A DNA stretch of 34,999 bases from an uncultured Planctomycetaceae bacterium (GTDB lineage Bacteria; Planctomycetota; Planctomycetia; Planctomycetales; Planctomycetaceae), in the NCBI GenBank assembly GCA_963976765.1, contig CAXBME010000020.1, forward strand, positions 124,001-158,999. The letters run 5' to 3'. The notes under the pieces were generated by a model. That model had not been told where the DNA came from. It ran no database searches and worked only from the letters and a program-made list of their open reading frames with translations. Shown piece by piece: positions 24,921 to 31,481 of the stretch. The position numbers were made by a program, and so were the translations under genes. Positions within the stretch are counted from its first letter, which is position 1. Every line of letters begins with the position of its first letter.

Positions 24921-25127
24921 CTTTACTGATCCGCAGAAACGCCCACATTCTGTGGCAGCGTTGCGCGCCAGGCAGTTCTTCTGGAATGAACTCAGTCCCG
25001 GTCGACTGAGTTCTGCAACGCTCTCGGTGAAGAACCGCAGATCGCGACAGCAGGCCCGAGTATTCTGACTTGACTTATGGCCAGCTCTACAAGATTCTCC
25101 GAGCCTGGTGCCCTGCATAAACGACAG

Positions 25128-25153
25128 GGCTGTCATTAAGAACCCCGTTAGGC
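25128..25153 (+). other. attI-like primary recombination site (core GTTAGGC at 25147-25153)
   Basis: GCTGTCATTAAGAACCCC-GTTAGGC resembles the right half of the downstream sites but has no complementary left arm. Confidence 0.65.
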
Positions 25154-25160
25154 GGACGAA

Positions 25161-25559
25161 ATGAATCGGCGGTTCCGGCTTCTTGGCTCTTGCTTCACGG
25201 GATGCATCATTGCATCGCTGGCTGGCCTGTGGCTGATGCTCACCTTTGACGCACCGGTGTTTGCGGCTCTCGCTGCTGGCCTGATTCCGTGTGCCGCGTG
25301 TTGGCTCGCCGGTATACGTGACCCGAAACAACTCGCCAAAATCTCCGCTTACGCCTTCATCGGATGGACGCTCACGTTCGCGCTTCAACCCGCCGTTGCT
25401 CAGTCTGCCGCTTCTCACGCGCAACGGATCGCTGGGCTTCCGCTGGTTGGCCGCGAATGGCACATACCCGCAACCGTAGTCTCAACATTGCTCGCATTGA
25501 TAGGGACTGCATTCTGTCCGATCCAAAATTCAGCATCTAACGAGCTGCCCGCCGCCTAA
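25161..25559 (+). CDS. Cassette 1: hypothetical multi-TM membrane protein
   Basis: 132 aa, hydrophobic; ATG 14 nt after the G of GTT; the stop TAA lies inside the inverse core GCCTAAC. Confidence 0.8.
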   Translation: MNRRFRLLGSCFTGCIIASLAGLWLMLTFDAPVFAALAAGLIPCAACWLAGIRDPKQLAKISAYAFIGWTLTFALQPAVAQSAASHAQRIAGLPLVGREWHIPATVVSTLLALIGTAFCPIQNSASNELPAA

Positions 25560-25762
25560 CATGGTTTTTACGCAAAGTCGCGGCTGTCGTCGTTGGGAAG
25601 TTTTTCGGTGGGAAAATTTCAATCGCTTCGATGACGAGCAATCTGGTGCCAGCCCGCGAACGCCTACGATCTTTGGCAACGTGCGTTCTGTTGGTACAAT
25701 GCTTGGTATGCGACGTTTTCCGCTTCGATCAGAACCGGCGTCGTAAAAACCTTCCGTTATGT
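25554..25762 (+). repeat. attC-like site 1 (209 bp)
   Basis: GCCTAAC-AT-GGTTTTTACG ... CGTAAAAACC-TTCC-GTTATGT. Confidence 0.85.
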
Positions 25763-25796
25763 GACCTACCGTAAATCCCACGCGACGGAGCGCACT

Positions 25797-26042
25797 ATGA
25801 GATCCACACTGCAACCGCTGATCGTGACTGGGGTGGCGTTCGTCGTGCTGGTTGGCTGTTCGTCGCCCGCATCGCAATCGTCACCGGAATCCGTCCGCGA
25901 TCCACTAGGCATCGACCGTACGGTCAATGACTACTACTTTCCAAACGGCGTACCTGACGCAAAGGTCGATTCCGATTCTAACGGCACCGGCACGGATTCT
26001 GCTGGTGCTGTTGACTCGTCCGCTGTCGACGATCTGCCTTAG
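25797..26042 (+). CDS. Cassette 2: small putative lipoprotein
   Basis: GGAG then ATG 25797; MRSTLQPLIVTGVAFVVLVG-C lipobox; acidic low-complexity tail. Confidence 0.75.
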   Translation: MRSTLQPLIVTGVAFVVLVGCSSPASQSSPESVRDPLGIDRTVNDYYFPNGVPDAKVDSDSNGTGTDSAGAVDSSAVDDLP

Positions 26043-26052
26043 GTTGCCGGTC

Positions 26053-26189
26053 ACATAACGTGGTTTTTACGCTAGGCCTTCGGCACACCTTCCTTGGTTA
26101 GTCACGCGGGCTGGCATTGGTACAATCTCCCGTAGTTCAGGCATCTCTCGCTTCGTTTCGGGCGGTGTCGTAAAAACCTACCGTTGGTG
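26053..26189 (+). repeat. attC-like site 2 (137 bp)
   Basis: ACATAAC-GT-GGTTTTTACG ... CGTAAAAACC-TACC-GTTGGTG. Confidence 0.88.
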
Positions 26190-26200
26190 GACCTCAGTTA

Positions 26201-26503
26201 ATGGCATTCCTTGAGACGCCCACAGCCGATGACGTTGTTGCACTGATCCGTCACCAGTACGCCGAGTCTGAATTCGACGCGATTATGAAATTGCTCGGTC
26301 CGATCAGCACGTCGGGGGAATTGGTCGGTTGGCACGCCGCGCGAATTCAGTTGGCGGCGCTCGCGATGTCGGGGGGCAATAGGTCTCTGATCGCTCAGTA
26401 CATTGACCTCGGCAACAAGGACGCTCGTGATCTTCAAATGGCGGTTGAATCGCAGCTTGGGCCATCTTGGGAGCGTGCTTGCCTTTGGGAGATCAAACGG
26501 TAG
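26201..26503 (+). CDS. Cassette 3: hypothetical helical protein
   Basis: 100 aa ORF that fills the space between GTTGGTGGACC and GGTCCACCAAC. Confidence 0.8.
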   Translation: MAFLETPTADDVVALIRHQYAESEFDAIMKLLGPISTSGELVGWHAARIQLAALAMSGGNRSLIAQYIDLGNKDARDLQMAVESQLGPSWERACLWEIKR

Positions 26504-26512
26504 GGCACGGTC

Positions 26513-26662
26513 CACCAACAATGTGTGGCCGCTGAGTTGCGGCATCCATGCCGCAAACGCCTTCCTTCTTCATTCAAGGCGGGCTCTCGTTGTATAATCG
26601 CCTCGTTGGCCAACGTCTTTCGCTTCGATCAGGGGCGGCGTCGGCCACACAACCCGTTGTCG
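26513..26662 (+). repeat. attC-like site 3 (150 bp, variant arms)
   Basis: CACCAAC-AA-TGTGTGGCCG ... CGGCCACACA-ACCC-GTTGTCG; internal hairpin TTGCGGCAT/ATGCCGCAA. Confidence 0.85.
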
Positions 26663-26678
26663 GACCCTAGCTTTCCCC

Positions 26679-27116
26679 ATGGACGACGACGAACTGCTCG
26701 ACATCGCGTCCAAACTCGAATCCGCTTCGGACAACGACGCTGCCCATTCCCGCCTTTCCGCTGGTAAACCGTGGTTGTGGCTCACCGGTAATCGCGACGC
26801 TCTTCTTCGTTTTGCCGCTGCTTTCATCCGCGCTGCCGCTGCGCCAATCCCAGACGACGAATGTCGCGCAGAACCAACCATTCTTGAACATCGCCAGATC
26901 AACGATGCCAAAACGGACTACACGCTCGGTGCTGCCCAACGCATTGACGAATTCCCAGAGAATCCAGAAGTTATCGCCGAGCGAAAACGCGGCGCGTGGC
27001 GAAACGACCGTGGTGCATTGCTCGGTTGCGGGATCGTTGGGTTCATACTCTTTTCGATCCTCATTTCTGCCATCACGTTCTGGTGGCATGTAATCACAGG
27101 CACACCGTTAAGGTAG
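26679..27116 (+). CDS. Cassette 4: hypothetical protein with a C-terminal TM anchor
   Basis: 145 aa ORF between GTTGTCGGACCC and GGGTCCGCTAAC. Confidence 0.8.
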   Translation: MDDDELLDIASKLESASDNDAAHSRLSAGKPWLWLTGNRDALLRFAAAFIRAAAAPIPDDECRAEPTILEHRQINDAKTDYTLGAAQRIDEFPENPEVIAERKRGAWRNDRGALLGCGIVGFILFSILISAITFWWHVITGTPLR

Positions 27117-27127
27117 TTCACCGGGTC

Positions 27128-27264
27128 CGCTAACATGGTTTTTACGCTGAGGCCTTCGGCACACCTTCCATGTTTGGCGACCTTGGCTGGCCTTGGTACA
27201 ATTTCCGTAATTCAAACATCGTTCGCTTCGTTTAGGGCGGTGTCGTAAAAATCTTCCGTTGCAG
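27128..27264 (+). repeat. attC-like site 4 (137 bp, close relative of site 2)
   Basis: CGCTAAC-AT-GGTTTTTACG ... CGTAAAAATC-TTCC-GTTGCAG; shares GGCCTTCGGCACACCTTCC with site 2. Confidence 0.88.
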
Positions 27265-27286
27265 TTGGCTTTGTGCGGGCGTCCTG

Positions 27287-28438
27287 CTACGGCGAACCTG
27301 GCCTCTTCAGGAAATGCTCGAAGAACGAGTAGATGACTTCGTTCGAGTCGTCGTTGGGGGAGTGCTCCGGGCGATTGGTCATGGCGACTCGGCTTTCGTG
27401 TCCGAGGATTCGGTTGATTTCGATCGAATGGTTCAACGGCTCCCAGCGGTGCGGGCCGTCTTCAGAGCCTCCGGAAACGAGGAACGGGCGAGGGGCCATC
27501 AGCGCGTGTAATTCGTGCAGGTCGTGACCGGCGGCGGTGAGTTTTGGATAGAGGCCCCGAGCCGGGTTCTCTTCGGTGATCAGACCTCGTTCGCGCCACG
27601 GTTTCGGGTGGTAGCCGAGGTACCAGGGTTCCCAGTAGTTGACGCTGCCGCGAGCTTCGTCGAATACGATGCCGGGGTCTGACCACGCGGCACAGGCGAA
27701 CCTGTCGAACAGGCATGAGGCGAACATCGCCCACTTGCCGCCAAAAGAATGCCCGACGATACCGATCCGTTTTGAATCGACTTCCGACCGACTGGCCAGT
27801 ACATGCCAGGCGTTGGCTGCCGCACAGCCAAGCATCGAAAGTGGAGCGACTTCGGCATCGTCGATACTCGGATAGTAGAGTGCGTAGTTACCAGCAGCGC
27901 TGGCTTCAGTCGTGCCAATTGAAAGTGTGACGAAACCTCGGCGAGCTAACTGCAACGCGAAGTCACGATCTGGTTTGCCGATGCCGATGGCCGTTTCAGG
28001 ATCGTAGAACACCGTCACGACCGCGGGGCGAGGTTCTTCTCCGTATGGAATCAACAGATAGCCTGTTGTCTTCTCATCTGGTGTCCACAGAAATCTGATT
28101 CGATGCTGCATGAAATCTTCGCGGCGTTTCGATTCAAGAATCTCAACCTCAGGCTTCGTGATCAGCGGCGGCCATTTTCCAAGCAGACCTTCCCACTCGG
28201 AAAGGATCTCCGCGCGACGGCGATTCCAGTCAGCTGGCGTTCTGACCTTCGTTCCATCCTTGAAGGTCAACGGCGACGAGTAGGTTCCCGTCTTATCTCG
28301 CCATTCCGGCGGAGGCGTGAAGTACGGTTTGATTTTTCTCCACGAGACGTTGGCGTCAGAGATTGTTTCCGTCGGCTGATCCTGTGCGGCGACCAGCGAA
28401 GTCATCATGAGTGTCGGTAAGATCAGGAGTCGCTTCAT
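27287..28438 (-). CDS. Exported alpha/beta hydrolase (esterase-like)
   Basis: Signal peptide; RIGIVGHSFGGK nucleophile elbow; LHELHALMAPRPFLV. Confidence 0.85.
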   Translation of the reverse strand: MKRLLILPTLMMTSLVAAQDQPTETISDANVSWRKIKPYFTPPPEWRDKTGTYSSPLTFKDGTKVRTPADWNRRRAEILSEWEGLLGKWPPLITKPEVEILESKRREDFMQHRIRFLWTPDEKTTGYLLIPYGEEPRPAVVTVFYDPETAIGIGKPDRDFALQLARRGFVTLSIGTTEASAAGNYALYYPSIDDAEVAPLSMLGCAAANAWHVLASRSEVDSKRIGIVGHSFGGKWAMFASCLFDRFACAAWSDPGIVFDEARGSVNYWEPWYLGYHPKPWRERGLITEENPARGLYPKLTAAGHDLHELHALMAPRPFLVSGGSEDGPHRWEPLNHSIEINRILGHESRVAMTNRPEHSPNDDSNEVIYSFFEHFLKRPGSP

Positions 28439-28754
28439 TGGCAAACCTTTTGGAAATTCTTCAGTAACGTCGCTCGAGTTGCAAAGTGCGTCGCGATGCC
28501 CCAGTTGATGAACTCATTGTAGAAGCGACGCGTCGTGACGCACTCGGAGCCGGGAAACTCGTTTTGAAAAACACAGTCCAATGGCCCCTGGCGGTGATTT
28601 CAAGCCTTGTGTGAGGTCTGAAGGAATGCAGGGATTCTTTGCCAGATGAGTGACTCGGACAGAACCGTCGCGCTATACTGGCAGGAAGTTCGGTTACTTA
28701 TTCTGCTTACTTGGAATCAGCTCATTTAGAAGCTGCCTCACTCGGAGTCGCTCC

Positions 28755-29711
28755 ATGAAATCACGAGTCTTTTGCATCGTTCTTACGCTGATTGCCGTCG
28801 CACAATCGTCGGTGTTCGCCGCAGACCCAATGAAAGCCCTGATTATTGACGGGCAGAACAATCATGGCGCGTGGCCGAAGACGACCTTCATGATGAAGAA
28901 GTATCTGGAAGAGACAAAGCTGTTTACCGTCGATATTGCTCGAACGGCGTTCACGACGAATGGCGAAGCCCTGCTGAAGGAATATCCGCTGGAAGGTTTC
29001 GATTCGACACCGACCAAACCAGCGAAGACTGATCCCAACTTCAGGCCGCAGTTTTCGAAGTACGATGTCGTCGTATCCAACTTCGGTCATGGAGCTGCTC
29101 CCTGGCCAAAGGAAACGCAGGACGACCTGGTCTCGTATATGAAGAACGGTGGCGGCCTGGTCATCGTTCATGCTGCTGATAACTCGTTTGGAGACTGGTC
29201 TGAGTACAACGAGATGATTGGTATCGGCGGCTGGGGTGGACGGAACGAGAAGCATGGCCCGTACGTTTACTTCAACGACGAAGGTAAACTCGTTCGCGAT
29301 ACGTCAGCCGGCAACGGTGGACATCATGGTCCTCAGCGGCCATTCGCCATTCGAGTCCGAGACAAATCGCATCCCATTACGGACGGAATGCCCGCAGAGT
29401 GGCTGCACGGCAAGGATGAACTCTACGACAAGCTGCGGGGGCCAGCTGTCAACATGCAGATCCTGGCGACCGCCTACGCTGACCCAAAGGCCGGCGGGAG
29501 TGGACGCCACGAGCCAATGCTCATGACTCTGACGTATGGCAAAGGGCGAGTTTTCCATACGCCAATGGGCCACGCGGATTACTCGCAGGAGTGCGTTGGT
29601 TTCATCGTGAGTCTGCAACGCGGTACCGAATGGGCCGCGACCGGAAAAGTGACTCAGAAGATTCCGTCGGACTTCCCGGAGGCGGACAAAGAATCCAGTC
29701 GAAATTTCTGA
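28755..29711 (+). CDS. Exported ThuA-domain protein
   Basis: GGAG then ATG 28755; ALIIDGQNNH, GGGLVIVHAA, HPIT, DELY, YGKGRVFHTPMGH, RGTEWAATG. Confidence 0.9.
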   Translation: MKSRVFCIVLTLIAVAQSSVFAADPMKALIIDGQNNHGAWPKTTFMMKKYLEETKLFTVDIARTAFTTNGEALLKEYPLEGFDSTPTKPAKTDPNFRPQFSKYDVVVSNFGHGAAPWPKETQDDLVSYMKNGGGLVIVHAADNSFGDWSEYNEMIGIGGWGGRNEKHGPYVYFNDEGKLVRDTSAGNGGHHGPQRPFAIRVRDKSHPITDGMPAEWLHGKDELYDKLRGPAVNMQILATAYADPKAGGSGRHEPMLMTLTYGKGRVFHTPMGHADYSQECVGFIVSLQRGTEWAATGKVTQKIPSDFPEADKESSRNF

Positions 29712-29799
29712 TTGTCCGAGCTCAATTTCAGATGTTGCATGCAGGGAATAGTTCGACGTGACAGAATCGTTCGCCGCCAGTGCAAGAACAATCTGCCGA

Positions 29800-30105
29800 A
29801 TGACCGACCAGGAACAGCCTGGTCAGGGTAAAGTTATGAGTGATGTTTGCACCATTTCAGAAGCGGAGCCGAAAGGCGGTGGTTTATCGAAACTCCGCCA
29901 ATGGTGGCCGAAATCTGTTCGGGTAATCATCGCTGTAATTCTTTACGTGTTCTCAATCGGTCCGATGTTCTGGTACTGGTACGAAGCCGAGAACATGGGG
30001 GGCAACCCACTCATGCGGGTGCTCTATGCCCCCCTCCGATTGCTATGCGTAATCCCTCAGATTGAAGACTGGCTGAATAACTACATCAACTGGTGGATCG
30101 CCTGA
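29800..30105 (+). CDS. Small hypothetical membrane protein
   Basis: ILYVFSIGPM...LYAPL...Y..WW pattern; start uncertain (29758, 29800 or 29836). Confidence 0.7.
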   Translation: MTDQEQPGQGKVMSDVCTISEAEPKGGGLSKLRQWWPKSVRVIIAVILYVFSIGPMFWYWYEAENMGGNPLMRVLYAPLRLLCVIPQIEDWLNNYINWWIA

Positions 30106-30198
30106 CAGTCAAGAGCCAGGAACCGAGAGATGCTTGAAAGTGTTTGTGCTGCCGCACGATTGAATTTTGCCACTGGGCTCTGGACACTCAACCTGTCC

Positions 30199-30292
30199 GG
30201 GAGTGTTTGTAGATCTGGTGACTGCCCCGGGCTTCAAACCCGGTGAGACCTCTGAAAAGAGGTCTGGTGGGTTCGATTCCCATCCACTCCCG
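30199..30292 (+). tRNA. selC: tRNA-Sec (anticodon UCA)
   Basis: Acceptor GGGAGTG/CACTCCC + G discriminator; long D stem with TGGT loop; CCGGG-CTTCAAA-CCCGG anticodon arm (TCA 30234-30236); 8-bp variable arm AGACCTCT/AGAGGTCT; GTGGG-TTCGATT-CCCAT T arm; CCA not encoded. Confidence 0.93.
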
Positions 30293-30498
30293 CTGAGCGG
30301 TCTTGATCGCTCTTTTGTTCACCCTTGCACTGTGTCGTATCTCGCGGCACAGTCGAGGGTTCGAACGATTCTCGGCTTGGATGCTGAAATCCGGTTTGCG
30401 AGCCTATACGCCAAAATCGGCACCGGACTGCGCCGCTTTTTCGGTAGACCGTCCGGCTGCTTTCAGGATGTCGTCGATGCTGTTCTGAGAGGACGCGG

Positions 30499-31438
30499 GA
30501 AATACGCATGGATCAACGAGCATCGTGACTTGTTTTCGGTGACCTTGTTGTGTCGTACTCTCGATGTCAATGCGAGCGGATATTTACAGGCGGTTGAAGG
30601 CCGGGCCAGGCTTGAGAGCTCAATGGTCAGCTCGAATCCGCACATCAATCAGGCAGGTCTACGGCGAGTCGCACGGGATTTATGGCAGTTACGAAATCGC
30701 CGATCGACTCAAGGATGATGACTCTCTGGAAGCAGCCTGCCGCAACACGGTTGCCTGTGTTTTGTGCCAAAAGGGCGATGCGGTAAATGGGACTGACGAG
30801 CAAAGTGTCAAAGAAGTTTTCGCCAACGCCAACGATTTCTGGGCCTTCAAGGATGGCAGCACCAAACGTTCTGAAACAGTCCTTCATAGCAGACGCTCCG
30901 AACAGAAAGTGGGTGACCGACATCACGTACCCGCCGATGGCGGCAGGCTGGGTTTATCTGGCGGTTGTCCTGGACCTGTTCAGCCGCAAAGTTGTGGGCT
31001 GGGCGATCTCCGAAAGTCTTGCTGCTCTGCTGGTCAGTTCGGATCTTCGTAACGCCGTTGAATCGCGGAAGTCTGACACGAAAGGGCTGCTTCATCACAG
31101 TGACCGAGGCTCGCAATACACCAGCGACGAATACCAGCAGACTCTCAGAATGCTCAACATGACCTGCTCGATGAGTCGTACCGGATACTGCTGCGACAAC
31201 GCTGTAATGGAACGTTTCTTCTGGTCGCTCAAGCATGAGTGGACCAGGTTCGAAACCTTCGCCAACATCGTCCAGGCAAGACTCAGCGTGTTCCAGTAAA
31301 TCGAAACTTTCTACAACTCAAAGAGAATTCATCAGACTCTCGGATACCGCACTCTCCGACGAATTTGAAAAATAGCACCGAACAAAACCAGCCGTCTAAA
31401 ACCTCACTTCGGGTGTCCACTCCAGGTGGGCAATCGCA
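30499..31438 (+). pseudogene. Decayed IS3-family element (orfB transposase remnant + right end)
   Basis: KYAWINEHRDLFSVTLLCRTL, YGESHGIYGS, PNRKWVTDITY, HHSDRGSQY and DNAVMERFF spread over three ORFs; premature TAA 31297-31299 before IETFYN; IS3-type end GTGTCCAC...GCAATCGCA at 31413-31438; no orfA seen. Confidence 0.9.
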
Positions 31439-31481
31439 GTATGTGTTTGTCAAATTCTTAAAGGAGTCGCCAGCCCGTTCG

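Larger units (their letters stand above)
23580..27264 (+). mobile_element. Integron-like element: recombinase + attI-like site + four gene cassettes with attC-like sites
   Basis: Four short ORFs, each bounded by matched GTT.../...AAC inverted repeats and followed by related hairpin sites, directly downstream of a tyrosine recombinase. Confidence 0.88.

Noticed and set aside
24762..25463. 233-aa minus-strand ORF across the integrase end and the attI-like site
   Set aside because: It overlaps two better-supported plus-strand genes and has no protein-like features.
25554..27264. CRISPR array or REP/MITE interpretation of the repeated sites
   Set aside because: The spacers are whole genes of 250-440 bp, the repeats are 137-209 bp and divergent, and there are no cas genes. 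The gene-specific GTT/AAC pairing fits cassettes, not MITE target duplications.
30167..31299. Programmed frameshift giving an active IS3 transposase
   Set aside because: The shifts fall inside orfB rather than at an orfA/orfB junction, there is an internal stop, and orfA is absent, so this is a pseudogene.
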